From an uncultured bacterium (GTDB lineage Bacteria > Babelota > Babeliae > Babelales > Babelaceae): DNA of 64,000 nucleotides. Each line of letters starts with the position of its first letter. The stretch's first letter is position 1. A program made the position numbers and the translations under genes. The DNA is taken from the NCBI GenBank assembly GCA_963722385.1, contig CAVRKK010000002.1, positions 1,088,001 through 1,152,000 of the forward strand, given 5' to 3'. The notes below the pieces were generated by a model that was given only the letters and a program-made list of their open reading frames with translations, had not been told where the DNA came from and did no database searches. Below are positions 36,741 to 47,205 of the stretch, piece after piece.

Positions 36741-37984
36741 TTCGCTTTATTCACACGGCCGATATTCATTTTGGCGTAGAAAATTATGGGCGGACGGATG
36801 CTAAGACGGGTATTCATACACGGTTACTCGATTTTTATAACGCACTTGATTTCTGTGTTGAGCGCGCAATTAGCGAAAATGTCGACTTTTTTTTGTTTGC
36901 TGGCGATGCGTATAAAACGGCGCATCCAAGTCCAACGCAGCAAAGGCTTTTATGCGCCTGCTTCCTCAAGCTTTTTAAAGCGGGCATTCCGCTCGTTATT
37001 GTTGTTGGCAACCATGATAACCCATTGAGCTTTGGCAAGGCGCACGCCCTTGAGCTTTTTGGTCAAATTCCTCTTGAGGGCTTTCATGTTGTATCAAAGC
37101 CGACCTCGTTCACGCTTGCCACCAAGAGCGGGCCTGTACAACTGGTTGGAATTCCGTGGCCGTCACGTACGACACTTGCGCTCAATACCACCCATATGCA
37201 ATCTTCTACCAGCGACGTTTCCTCATACATAAGCGCTGCGGTAGCTGAGATTATCCAAGCATATGCGCGGGAGCTTGACCCATCAACGCCGGCTGTCTTG
37301 ACTGGCCACCTGACGGTAAGTTCGGGAATTTTTTCGGGCTCAGAAAAGCGCGCGATTTTTGGCAATGACCCCGTGTTTCTCCCCTCGCAATTAGCATATG
37401 AACCCTTTGATTATGTTGCGCTTGGACATCTTCACCGGCATCAGAATCTTAATGAGCAGGGGCAAATACCGCTTGTCTACGCTGGCTCGATCGAGCGGGT
37501 AGACTTTGGCGAGCGAAAAGAGGAAAAAGGGTGCTGCCTTGTTACGATTCATGATAAAAAGAAAACAACCTACGAATTTATCAGGACACCTACGCGCCGA
37601 TTCTTGCAAATCGACGCCTATTTGGAAGGTGCTGAAAGCCAGACAGACCAAATTCTTGCCCAGCTTGCCGAGCATGAGCTCGAAGATACCGTGGTGAAAA
37701 TCGTCTATCATGTACAGGCCGGGAAAAAGGATCGCGTTGATACAGCTGCACTACAACGAGCATGTATGGGTGCGCACTACCTAGCTGGCATAATTCCTGT
37801 GCGTATCCCCGAGGCGCGAGACCGACGCGTACAACTTCAGGTTACAATGGACCTTGCACAATTACTTGATGCTTATTTCCAGCTCAAGCCGGAATGGCGC
37901 GACAAGCGCTCCTCGCTTATTGAAAAAGCCCGCGCTCTTGAGGTTGAGCTTGAGCAAGAGATTGCCGATAAGAGCGCTCTTTAG
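36737..37984 (+). CDS. sbcD: SbcD/Mre11-type exonuclease
   Basis: HTADIHFG, AGD, GNHD, DYVALGHLH. Confidence 0.92.
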   Translation: MIRFIHTADIHFGVENYGRTDAKTGIHTRLLDFYNALDFCVERAISENVDFFLFAGDAYKTAHPSPTQQRLLCACFLKLFKAGIPLVIVVGNHDNPLSFGKAHALELFGQIPLEGFHVVSKPTSFTLATKSGPVQLVGIPWPSRTTLALNTTHMQSSTSDVSSYISAAVAEIIQAYARELDPSTPAVLTGHLTVSSGIFSGSEKRAIFGNDPVFLPSQLAYEPFDYVALGHLHRHQNLNEQGQIPLVYAGSIERVDFGERKEEKGCCLVTIHDKKKTTYEFIRTPTRRFLQIDAYLEGAESQTDQILAQLAEHELEDTVVKIVYHVQAGKKDRVDTAALQRACMGAHYLAGIIPVRIPEARDRRVQLQVTMDLAQLLDAYFQLKPEWRDKRSSLIEKARALEVELEQEIADKSAL

Positions 37985-38055
37985 CGAATGTAAAGAGGTT
38001 TGTTTCATTAAAATAGATATGGTAGATTGTTAAAGATACTTCAAGGAGAATTTCT

Positions 38056-39849
38056 ATGTTTTACCCCCTATCCTCTTTCTGTTTTATGGTAACGGTAGCG
38101 GCATCGTTAGTTGTTGCTATGGAAGAATCGGAAAATTCAGCGATATCGCAAGTTCGCGAGAATCCTGGAAGCGAACTTTCTAGAGAGCTTGAAGAAATAA
38201 TACAACAATGTAGAACGACAGCAAGCTGCCTGAGATTATTTTCTGGAGAAGATACTATAATTAATGACAACGCTCGATTTAACGAGATGCCTCACAACGC
38301 TTCTTCTAGCATAACAAATTATGCAAGCCAGGCTGAGCTTTTTCAAGCGGTGAATCCTTTGGGTCAAGGAGATGTTGAGCGTGCTCGACGAGCAATTGAA
38401 CACGGTGCTTCTGTGAATGTACGCGATAGTAATACGCAACGGACTCCATTACAAAAGGCTGTTCAAACAGGGAATATTGAATTGGTTAAGTTTCTCCTTG
38501 AGCAAGGGTCGGATGTTCATGCCTTTGAAAGAGAGAATCCATCCTTTACTCATGGTTTTCCCATGTCGGTAAACTCGCTCTATTATGCGCTCTTTCCTTG
38601 CTATCAATCACGTACTCATCAGCATTTTGCTATAGCGCAAATGCTTCTTGATCGGGGGTTGAATATACATATTTTGGCCCCGGATGGATCCCCTCTTTTC
38701 TACAAGGCTTTGCAAATGGGCGATCAGAGCCTCGTTGAATGGTTTCTTGAACAAGGTGTGCTGCTTGATTATGCCTATGATGGTGTACATACACCTGTAG
38801 AATATGCCTGCTTGTGTAATCAATGGGATTTAGCTCGATTTCTTATTGAAAAATATCCTTGTAGTGTTGATGGTAGAATGGAAGCAAAGGAGAGCCAAGA
38901 GGAAAGAGAGGAATATTATACGCCGCTTTATTATGCGACAGATGCTCAAAATCACGAGTTTGTTTGCTGGGTTTTAGCAAGAGGAGCTACAATTGATCGT
39001 GAGGTAACTCAACTTCCTATTACCGTACCTCTCCTTAAAGTATTTGTAGAATATGGTATACCTCTAGAAAATATGCTTGAGATAGCATTTCTTGGTGTGC
39101 TTGATTATGAAGCACTAGGGTTATATGATGAAAGAGACGTAGCAGAATCAGCTTTATGGCTTCTCATACATGGGGCTCGTGTTGCTCATCAAGAACTAGT
39201 ATGCTTTATGAATGCTAAAGATGACATAAGAAAGGGCAAAAAAATTAAAGATAGATTGCCCGACTATGTCTGGTTAATTATCCAAGGCCACCCTGATGAT
39301 GCTCTAGCTCAAATTAAAAAGGTGCTTGAGGAAGCTAAACCCCTTAATGAAACATTGCTAGCCTTTTTGGGTAATGCTGCTACGGCAGCTTCTGCGCGAG
39401 GGTATCTACCCTTGGTCCAAGATATGCTTGATAATCTTCAAGAATTTTTAACAGAGTCACTTTTAAAAGATATGTTTATAGGTGCCGTACTTGGTAACTG
39501 CAGCAATAGTATTGAGTTTATTGTAAAGTCTCTGCCTATGCAGGTGCCTATGGTATCTAACTGCCTGGCGCAAGCACTTGCCATAGCTGCTGCACAAAGG
39601 AAAGTGGAACTTGTTATTTCTATTCTAGCGCTTATAAAAGAGTACAATCTTATTGTACCACTTGAGCCGATTAGTGCATTTATTGAGGCTTTATCTCATA
39701 AAGAGGAAAGATATCTATCCGCTCTTCTCAGTAGAGAGGATAAGTCTGAGTTTAGTGAAGGCCGTGAGTACATGGTGCAAGCATATCGGACGGCCAAAAC
39801 TCATTTAGCAACTATACATGATCTTCTTAGAGAGAGTGGATCTAAGTAG
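38056..39849 (+). CDS. Secreted ankyrin-repeat protein
   Basis: AAGGAG RBS, signal plus ME, several TPL..A repeats. Confidence 0.85.
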   Translation: MFYPLSSFCFMVTVAASLVVAMEESENSAISQVRENPGSELSRELEEIIQQCRTTASCLRLFSGEDTIINDNARFNEMPHNASSSITNYASQAELFQAVNPLGQGDVERARRAIEHGASVNVRDSNTQRTPLQKAVQTGNIELVKFLLEQGSDVHAFERENPSFTHGFPMSVNSLYYALFPCYQSRTHQHFAIAQMLLDRGLNIHILAPDGSPLFYKALQMGDQSLVEWFLEQGVLLDYAYDGVHTPVEYACLCNQWDLARFLIEKYPCSVDGRMEAKESQEEREEYYTPLYYATDAQNHEFVCWVLARGATIDREVTQLPITVPLLKVFVEYGIPLENMLEIAFLGVLDYEALGLYDERDVAESALWLLIHGARVAHQELVCFMNAKDDIRKGKKIKDRLPDYVWLIIQGHPDDALAQIKKVLEEAKPLNETLLAFLGNAATAASARGYLPLVQDMLDNLQEFLTESLLKDMFIGAVLGNCSNSIEFIVKSLPMQVPMVSNCLAQALAIAAAQRKVELVISILALIKEYNLIVPLEPISAFIEALSHKEERYLSALLSREDKSEFSEGREYMVQAYRTAKTHLATIHDLLRESGSK

Positions 39850-40187
39850 ATGAACCCTTTGATTATGTTGCGCTTGGGCATCTTCACCGGCATCAGAATT
39901 TTAATGAGCAGGGGCAAATCCCGCTTGTCTACGCTGGCTCGATCGAGCGGGCAGACTTTGGCGAGCGAAAAGAGGAAAAAGGGTGCTGTTTTGTTACGAT
40001 TCATGATAAAAAGAAAACAACCTACGAATTTATCAGGGCGCCTACGCGTCGCTTTCTGCAAATCGACGCCTATTTGGAAGGTGCTGAAAGCCAGACAGAT
40101 CAAATTCTTTCCCAGCTTGCTGAGCATGAGCTCGAAGATACCGTGGTGAAAATCGTCTATCATGTACTGGAAAAAGGATCGCGTTGA
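39850..40187 (+). pseudogene. Duplicated internal segment of sbcD (copy of 37398-37740)
   Basis: Near-identical nucleotide sequence with scattered substitutions. Begins immediately after the ankyrin gene stop. Confidence 0.9.
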
Positions 40188-40291
40188 CGCCGTGTATCTT
40201 GAGGGGGCGAGCCTGTTAAAGGGCTTGATTTTTTAGTATGACCATGTTAGCTTTCCGACTCAGAAGAGAGTTATCATTTAGGAGAAAAAGT

Positions 40292-40850
40292 ATGACAGTT
40301 ATTAAGCGCTTATGATGGAAATACTCTTGCCGCTGGTACCCGCAATTTAATTCGATCATATCTATTAATAATAACGGAGGAGCTACTCAGATTTATACAA
40401 GATCCGGCTCAATCTGGGCATATCAAGCCACGTTAACTCAAGCAAATAATTCAGGTCAAGAAGGTTATTCCGTAGCTTTAACAAAGGATGGCAATACTTT
40501 GGCAGCCGGTGCCCTTTTTTCATAAATGGAGCTATTCAGATGTATACTAATACAGACAATAGCTGGCAATACAGCGGTACGCTCACTCGAAACTCTACAG
40601 GATCTGGGGAAGGGTGGTCAGTAGCATTACCTGTTAATGGTACTATTGTAGTAGCAGGCGCACCCTTTTTGTATGGTGAAACAGGAGGGATACAGGTGTA
40701 CGTTAAATCAGGTGAAAGTTGGAAATATCTGACTACATTAACGCAAGGAATACAAGGCGACAATGAAGGGGGTTGTCGCATTATCTGCCAATGATACTAC
40801 GCTAGGGTAAGCTCTAATGGCAATGGCACTCTAGTTTATGTCGCAAAGTA
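40292..40850 (+). pseudogene. FG-GAP-like repeat protein remnant
   Basis: Broken repeats such as EGYSVALTKDGNTLAAGA and EGWSVAL...IVVAGAP...GIQVY. Confidence 0.6.
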
Positions 40851-40924
40851 GCCTATACAAGAGCGCATAAGCATTACAAAAACAATAGAAGCGATTAATA
40901 TATCTTCTAGCGCTTATTGGCAAA

Positions 40925-41419
40925 CTATTCTAATGCGCCCTTTGCTACCGCTTCTTGAGGAGTTATAGAGAACTTATCTTTAAAATTATCAGCCAGCTGG
41001 GCTTTAGCCTTTTGTTGTGCTGATGTTTGAGTTGGTAAAGTATCCCAAACCCATGCGAGAACATATGCTGATTGACACGGTGGCATTGCCATCTGTTGGC
41101 AATTGACTTGGGGTAAATCTGATAAAATTGCTGTCGACCTTGAAATTACCAAATTTTCAGATGGGTAGGCGTTATAATGCTCCCTGAAAAGCTGTTTTAT
41201 TTGTTGCTTTCTTTCTGTGTTCGGTAAAAGCTCAAAGCAAAAAGATACGTCTTGGGATGGCATAGTTTTGTATACCATTGCCTTTTCCACAAAATCAAAT
41301 TTATTTGGCGCTCTGAAAAATGCTTGCGTGTTATTGAGCGTGATTTGATTCTCATATGATATGGCGTAACACTTGGCTACGAATAAAGTTAAGCTCATCA
41401 TATAAATCCATCGAGCCAT
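40925..41419 (-). CDS. Hypothetical secreted protein
   Basis: AAGGAG RBS and a signal peptide ending CYA. Confidence 0.7.
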   Translation of the reverse strand: MARWIYMMSLTLFVAKCYAISYENQITLNNTQAFFRAPNKFDFVEKAMVYKTMPSQDVSFCFELLPNTERKQQIKQLFREHYNAYPSENLVISRSTAILSDLPQVNCQQMAMPPCQSAYVLAWVWDTLPTQTSAQQKAKAQLADNFKDKFSITPQEAVAKGALE

Positions 41420-41632
41420 GGTATCTCCTTGTATTAGTTTCTATTTTTCTTATTTATTTCGTCTTATATTGTAATATTATATTAGTAAGATTCTATAAAA
41501 AATTACAAGAGTAATTAAAAGCGATTGCTGATTTCTTTGCCCGAGCACTTACTAAAGGTTTCCTTGAAATGAGGAAAGATTTTCGATAATCTATCATTAT
41601 TCCAAGGAAAGAATAAGGGAGAGGCTATCAAA

Positions 41633-42895
41633 ATGAGCCCAGAAATGATGATTCAAATTTTGCTTGGGGAATTTTACGATAGGTTACGCCTCCTAAGTGA
41701 CCTTGTTGTTCGAGATATTGAGTTGCCCGTTGCTCCAGGTAAAATTAAAGTAATTATCGGTATGAGGCGGAGCGGAAAAACTTATTTTGTCTTCCAGCAA
41801 ATTTTGAAACTTATAGCTGAAGGTGTAGATCGAAATTGCATCTTGTATATTAACTTTGAAGATGATCGGTTGATGCCTTTAGATCAAGAAAAGTTGGCAC
41901 GCCTCGTTGATGCATTTTATGAACTCTATCCTGAAAATCACGAAAAAAAATGTTATTTATTTTTTGATGAGATCCAAAATGTAGATAATTGGCCTCTGGT
42001 TATTCGTCGCTTGAGTGACAGTAAAAATTTAGAGATCTATTTGACGGGATCCTCTGCCAAACTCTTGAGTAAAGAAATTGCAACAAGCCTGCGTGGTAGG
42101 TCGTTAGCTATAGAAATGTGGCCGTATAATTTTAGCGAATTTATGCGGGCAAAGAAAATGAGCATTGAGCGAGATTTGCATGATAAAAAAACGCAAGATA
42201 AATTGAAGCAAGCTTTTTATCAGTATTTATCGAGCGGCGGCTTTCCCGAGCTTATTTGGTTTGACGTTAACGCCCGAAGGCAAACTTTGCAAGAATACAT
42301 CGATGTGACGATTTATCGGGACATCGTTGAAAGGTATGCTGTTAAGCATCCAGCTACCATTAAGTATATGCTTTTGTCCATGATTCATAATATTAGCCGA
42401 CCATTTACGCTTAATAAATTTTATAATGACGTGAGAAGTCAGGGTCACCATGTCGGGAAGGACATTCTTTACGAATATGCGAGCTACATAGAAGACGCCT
42501 ATGTTGCTTTTTTGGTACCTATCTATGATTCGTCTCTTCGAAAAGTTCAAGTAAATCCGAAAAAAATCTATGCTATAGACCCTGGTTTAGTAAGATCGGT
42601 CACGCTCGACTATGATGGTGATTTAGGAAGACTGTTTGAAAATGTTGTTTATTTAGATCTTAGAAGACGGCGCGCTACAGCGAACTATTATCTAACTGCT
42701 GAACGCTATGAAGTAGACTTCGTAGCCCAGGCTCCTGATGGCCGTAAAAAGCTGTTGCAAATCGCATGGGACGTAGATAATCAGCTTACTTTTGATCGAG
42801 AACGCAGAGCTTTAGATGCCGGGATGAAAGAGCTGAAAATTGATGGAGAGATGGTAACGTTAGATTCATATCTTTATAAGGGTGTATTTAACTGA
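41633..42895 (+). CDS. AAA_14/DUF4143 ATP-binding protein
   Basis: GMRRSGKT, FDEIQ, TGSSA, KKIY.ID.G, EVDF. Confidence 0.9.
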   Translation: MSPEMMIQILLGEFYDRLRLLSDLVVRDIELPVAPGKIKVIIGMRRSGKTYFVFQQILKLIAEGVDRNCILYINFEDDRLMPLDQEKLARLVDAFYELYPENHEKKCYLFFDEIQNVDNWPLVIRRLSDSKNLEIYLTGSSAKLLSKEIATSLRGRSLAIEMWPYNFSEFMRAKKMSIERDLHDKKTQDKLKQAFYQYLSSGGFPELIWFDVNARRQTLQEYIDVTIYRDIVERYAVKHPATIKYMLLSMIHNISRPFTLNKFYNDVRSQGHHVGKDILYEYASYIEDAYVAFLVPIYDSSLRKVQVNPKKIYAIDPGLVRSVTLDYDGDLGRLFENVVYLDLRRRRATANYYLTAERYEVDFVAQAPDGRKKLLQIAWDVDNQLTFDRERRALDAGMKELKIDGEMVTLDSYLYKGVFN

Positions 42896-43022
42896 AAAAT
42901 TATATCGAGGAGTTACATGAGGGCCGTGCTTGGTTTTGCAAGGTCCCGTCTTTGCAAGAAACGATAAATAGTTTATTCTTAAGGTTATAGCAAAATAACG
43001 GCTATTTTTTACGTAATTTTTT

Positions 43023-43114
43023 GGAGAGATGGCTGAGTGGTCGAAGGCGGCTGCCTCGAAAGCAGTTATCCTGAGAAATCGGGATCGTGGGTTCGAATCC
43101 CACTCTCTCCTCCA
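43023..43114 (+). tRNA. tRNA-Ser(CGA)
   Basis: GGAGAGA/TCTCTCC acceptor stem, anticodon loop CTCGAAA, long variable arm, GGTTCGAATCC, encoded CCA. Confidence 0.95.
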
Positions 43115-43131
43115 TATTCAGGATTGCTTTT

Positions 43132-44448
43132 ATGGTTAACGCGCGGATTCTCATTTTTCTTCTTATCAGCGGGATCTCGTGCTCCATCGTTGGTATGACG
43201 TTTGATAATCGTTTTTTCCCACTGCTTGATAAACCTATCTTGCGGCACGATGATGTTCATTTTTTCTTTAGAGCTCAACCCTTTATTATGTTTGCGGATG
43301 AAGCTTCTTTACGAGATGAAGAAGACCGGGAGGGAGCGGGTCTTTTTGATGGCGAGGGCAAATTCTTCCAACATCACCTTGATAGTGCATTAGGGGAGCT
43401 TAAAAAATCGTCGAAGGAGCCTTTGCGGCCGGACTTGGCAGCGGAACTCCAGCGTGCGACCTGGTCATTTCCTGGGAGGCTTGATGCTGCTGGTGTAGCA
43501 TTGCGCTGGTATTATCGGCTCAATCCAAATTGGGAGATTGGTGGTTCCTGGCTTTTTATAGGCGCACGGTCCCGGATTGACCGGATATTGCGTGAGGGTG
43601 AGCTTCTTTTGACCGATGGTGACAGGCGTGATCTTGAAGCATCACATGAGCTATCAATGCTGCTCAATAAAACCAAATCAGCACTGTGGTCTAAGGTTGG
43701 CATCGGCGATCTTGACCTCTATGTGCGGCTCGGGATGCTCAAGCACTATTTCCTGCGCTTTAAAACATTTGACGCAGGTATTAAGCTTGGTGTTATAGCT
43801 CCTCTTGCCGAACGTCGTGACATTTTTAATGCCGCATCGCTGCCTTTTGGAGGGAATGGGCACTGGGGCTTCTATGCCGATGCTGCCGTCCATACTGAGC
43901 TCAAAGACGACCTTTTTGCAGGACTCAATGTGCGGTTTATTCAGCGGTTACCACGTACGCAAACGATACGAATTCCCCTTCGTTCTGATAGCACAAAATC
44001 TGCGCAACCAGATCTGGACAAAAATGAAAAAGATACTATTGTGATTCCTCAAGGTGTTCCTTTAAACTTTAGTCCAGCAATAGGATTAGCTCAGGTTATA
44101 CCTGGCTTTACCTTTGTGTTTGCGCCCTATGTAGGGCTTGGAGGAATACGCGATGGTTTTGGAGCACAGTTGCAATATACCCTTATCATGCATACTCATG
44201 ATAGTATACATGATAGGAGGCATCAGCCTGCTGCTCCTCTTGACGTTGAATTTTTTAAGTACCGATCAGAATGGGCGAGAGAATATATAACATTTAGTAT
44301 CTTGTATGATTTTGCTCAAAATAAGGAGTATCGCGGCAGAGCACCGCTTTTATCGCTGGATGTTGACTTTCCTGTAGGATTTTTAGCAAGCAAGCAGTCG
44401 TTTAAAACCGTTGGAATCTCATTACGAATCGAGTCTGACTTATGGTAA
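43132..44448 (+). CDS. Secreted, probable outer-membrane beta-barrel protein
   Basis: Signal peptide from MVNARIL, amphipathic beta-strand pattern, C-terminal aromatic residue. Overlaps the mreB start. Confidence 0.6.
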   Translation: MVNARILIFLLISGISCSIVGMTFDNRFFPLLDKPILRHDDVHFFFRAQPFIMFADEASLRDEEDREGAGLFDGEGKFFQHHLDSALGELKKSSKEPLRPDLAAELQRATWSFPGRLDAAGVALRWYYRLNPNWEIGGSWLFIGARSRIDRILREGELLLTDGDRRDLEASHELSMLLNKTKSALWSKVGIGDLDLYVRLGMLKHYFLRFKTFDAGIKLGVIAPLAERRDIFNAASLPFGGNGHWGFYADAAVHTELKDDLFAGLNVRFIQRLPRTQTIRIPLRSDSTKSAQPDLDKNEKDTIVIPQGVPLNFSPAIGLAQVIPGFTFVFAPYVGLGGIRDGFGAQLQYTLIMHTHDSIHDRRHQPAAPLDVEFFKYRSEWAREYITFSILYDFAQNKEYRGRAPLLSLDVDFPVGFLASKQSFKTVGISLRIESDLW

Positions 44449-45491
44449 AGCTTTTAGCGCGGCGTGTATTTAATTTTTTCTCTAATGATCTTGCTATAGA
44501 TTTAGGAACAGCAAATACGATTGTGTACGTTCCCAATAAGGGTATTGTGCTGAATGAGCCGTCAGTCGTTGCTGTTAAAGCGCACACGAACCATGTTTTA
44601 GCAGCAGGGCGTCGTGCGAAGGAGATGCTTGGCAAGACCCCTGATAGCATTGTCGCCTGTCGTCCCATGCGCGAAGGTGTTATTGCTAATTTTGAACTTG
44701 TTGAAAGTATGATCCGCTACTTTATTAAAGAAGTAAATGGTAATCGGCGCACGCTTGCCAAGCCACGCATGGTTATTGGTGTGCCTTCAGGAATTACGCA
44801 AGTTGAGCGGCGTGCAGTCGAAGACTCAGCGCGTAATGCTGGTGCTGGCGAAGTACATATCATTTCGGAGCCGCTTGCTGCAGCAATTGGGGCAGGGCTT
44901 CCTGTTCATGAGCCAACGGGTAGCATGATCGTTGATATTGGCGGTGGAACGACCGAAGTGGCCGTTATTACGCTCAAAAACATGGTATTTTGCCGATCAG
45001 TACGCGTTGGCGGTGATGAGATGGATCGGGCTATCGTTAATTACGTGAAGCGTAAGTACAATCTTTTAATCGGCGAGCGCACTGCTGAGATGATCAAAAT
45101 AAGCATTGGTACAGTGATGCCTGGTGATCAGCATGAAAGTATCGAGGTAAAAGGACGGGATCTGATGGCGGGCATACCGAAAATTATTCGATTAAGCAGC
45201 CCTGAGGTCCATGAAGCGCTGCTGGAAACGGTTTCGAGCATTATTGAGGGTGTGCGTGTCGCACTTGAAAATACCCCGCCTGAGTTATCATCTGATCTTG
45301 TTGATAAAGGTATTGTTATGGCTGGTGGTGGATCGCTGCTGCGTGGGCTGGACAAGCTTATTTCACATGAGACGAGCCTGCCGGTGCATATTGCTGATAA
45401 TCCGCTCTTATGTGTGGTGAATGGTGCCGGGCGTGTGCTCGAAAACTTGGATTTCTTCCAAGAGGCTTTGCTTTCTTATGGACCGCGCTAA
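44442..45491 (+). CDS. mreB: Rod shape-determining protein MreB
   Basis: IDLGTANT, EPSVVA, DIGGGTTE, LLIGERTAE, GGG.LL. Confidence 0.97.
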   Translation: MVKLLARRVFNFFSNDLAIDLGTANTIVYVPNKGIVLNEPSVVAVKAHTNHVLAAGRRAKEMLGKTPDSIVACRPMREGVIANFELVESMIRYFIKEVNGNRRTLAKPRMVIGVPSGITQVERRAVEDSARNAGAGEVHIISEPLAAAIGAGLPVHEPTGSMIVDIGGGTTEVAVITLKNMVFCRSVRVGGDEMDRAIVNYVKRKYNLLIGERTAEMIKISIGTVMPGDQHESIEVKGRDLMAGIPKIIRLSSPEVHEALLETVSSIIEGVRVALENTPPELSSDLVDKGIVMAGGGSLLRGLDKLISHETSLPVHIADNPLLCVVNGAGRVLENLDFFQEALLSYGPR

Positions 45492-46287
45492 AGCGAGCCG
45501 GCATAGGCATGGTGAGGCCCACGGCATACGTTTAAAGAAGCAGTACGGGCAGCACTTTCTACGCGATCAATTGGTTGTTGACGATATGCTCGTGGCCGTT
45601 AACCTCAATGAAAACACCAACGTTTTTGAGATCGGGCCCGGCGATGGCTTTTTGACGAGGTCGATATTGGCCAAGCCCGTCAAAACTTTGTGGGTTTTTG
45701 AGATTGATCCTGATTGGGCTGCGTATATAGGTAAGGAATATGCCGATTGCCGCTTGACCGTTTTTTCTCAGGACATTCTCGCCTTTGATTTTAAGCAGTT
45801 TGAGAGCTTAAGCCCGTGGGTTCTTTTGGCCAATCTCCCTTATCAAATTACGTTTCCGCTACTTAAGCGTTTAAAAGAGCACCGTGCTCTTTTACGTGAG
45901 GGAGTGATTATGGTACAAGAGGAGGTCGCGCAAAAAATTGTAGCAGAGCCCGGTGACAGCACGGTGCAATCCATTTTCTTTTCTTATTATTTTACGTGGA
46001 AGCTGTTGCGTAAGGTACCGCCTACGGCATTTTACCCGCCCCCTCAAATATATTCACGCTTGCTCTACTTTAAGCCAAAGACTAATCTGGCTCCTATTCC
46101 TGACGAAGAGCGCTTTTGGCGCTTTGTTAAAATATGCTTTGCCCAGCGCCGGCGTACGCTCAAGAATAATCTAGCATCAACCCATTATCCATTACAGGCT
46201 ATACCCCAAGAGTGGGCTCGCGCACGAGCCCAAGAGCTTTCGCTTGCAGACTTTTTGAACCTGTGGAATATCCTCAGGAAGTATTAG
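45478..46287 (+). CDS. rsmA: 16S rRNA dimethyltransferase RsmA/KsgA
   Basis: KK..GQHFL, EIGPG.G, ANLPYQI, F.QRR.TL.NNL. Confidence 0.95.
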   Translation: MDRAKASRHRHGEAHGIRLKKQYGQHFLRDQLVVDDMLVAVNLNENTNVFEIGPGDGFLTRSILAKPVKTLWVFEIDPDWAAYIGKEYADCRLTVFSQDILAFDFKQFESLSPWVLLANLPYQITFPLLKRLKEHRALLREGVIMVQEEVAQKIVAEPGDSTVQSIFFSYYFTWKLLRKVPPTAFYPPPQIYSRLLYFKPKTNLAPIPDEERFWRFVKICFAQRRRTLKNNLASTHYPLQAIPQEWARARAQELSLADFLNLWNILRKY

Positions 46288-46406
46288 CAACTGACATACT
46301 TTTATCTCCAATTGAACAAACTATTGCAAATATAAAATTAAAAATGTTATATATTATAATTGAAGATTTATTATTGAAACAAATGTTAATGTTAAGGAGA
46401 AATAGC

Positions 46407-46856
46407 ATGAAGAAAACTAATGTTTTAACCTATCTTTTAATTTCTTTAAGCATATTCTTTCTATCGGATGCTCAAGAGTGTGCGGTACAAAGTGGCCAGA
46501 CAACGGCAATTCAGGTGCGAGGTCAGGTACAGCCACAGATCAGCTGCACTGATTCAACCATGATTTTAACACCCCCTGATGGATGCTGTCCACCTGATAA
46601 GCCACTCTATGATGCTACCAATCGTGTATGCTGCTCCAAAGAAAATTTTAATGAGGACACTAAACAGTGCTGTGGTGGATGTGGGCACTATAATGCTGCA
46701 GAAAAAACATGTTGTTCTAACGCATATAATCCTACAACCAAGCAGTGTTGCCCTTCAAAGTATCCTACATTTGATCCCAGCAATCATAAATGCTGTGGAA
46801 AAGTCTCAAAACGTCTTCCTGGTGGCATGACAGCGCTGGTACGTGTATGTGTGTAG
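46407..46856 (+). CDS. Secreted di-cysteine (galaxin-like) repeat protein
   Basis: AAGGAG RBS, signal peptide, five (Y/F)(D/N)xxxxxCC repeats. Confidence 0.75.
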   Translation: MKKTNVLTYLLISLSIFFLSDAQECAVQSGQTTAIQVRGQVQPQISCTDSTMILTPPDGCCPPDKPLYDATNRVCCSKENFNEDTKQCCGGCGHYNAAEKTCCSNAYNPTTKQCCPSKYPTFDPSNHKCCGKVSKRLPGGMTALVRVCV

Positions 46857-47085
46857 GTACTTAATGCATCATGAAGCATGTGTTACCAAAGTCGCTAAAA
46901 ACGCTACTTGTCCCACGAATTAGTTACAACCAGTTTGGGCTTGGCGAATATAAAGTAAGCTTATCCCAGTATTTGAGTCGTAATCAAATCAGGACCAATT
47001 AGGAGCCGTTACTGAGATGCTTGGCTTTAGCTAATTAAAACAAGCAAAGTATCCACAGATAATACCAGTGAGATTAGAAAAGCTT

Positions 47086-47129
47086 CCCCAAGGAATGAGT
47101 AAAACAGCTGTTTTACTCATTCCTTGGGG
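47086..47129. repeat. Perfect 44-bp palindrome
   Basis: ccccaaggaatgagtaaaacag|ctgttttactcattccttgggg. Confidence 0.95.
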
Positions 47130-47205
47130 TCATAATATTATCTTAATGTAAAAGGTTGCGAATGGCGAAACTCGGAAACGTTATGCAAAAAGGATCATTG
47201 AGGTT

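Noticed and set aside
39801..40163. ORFs 39850-40149 (+), 39801-40163 (-) and 37391-37711 (-)
   Set aside because: They are off-frame or antisense readings of sbcD and its duplicate.
43023..43114. tRNA as an integration site
   Set aside because: No duplicated tRNA 3' end or integrase was seen in the window.
43002..43278. Minus-strand ORFs and the 43087 start
   Set aside because: They overlap tRNA-Ser. The real start is probably 43132.
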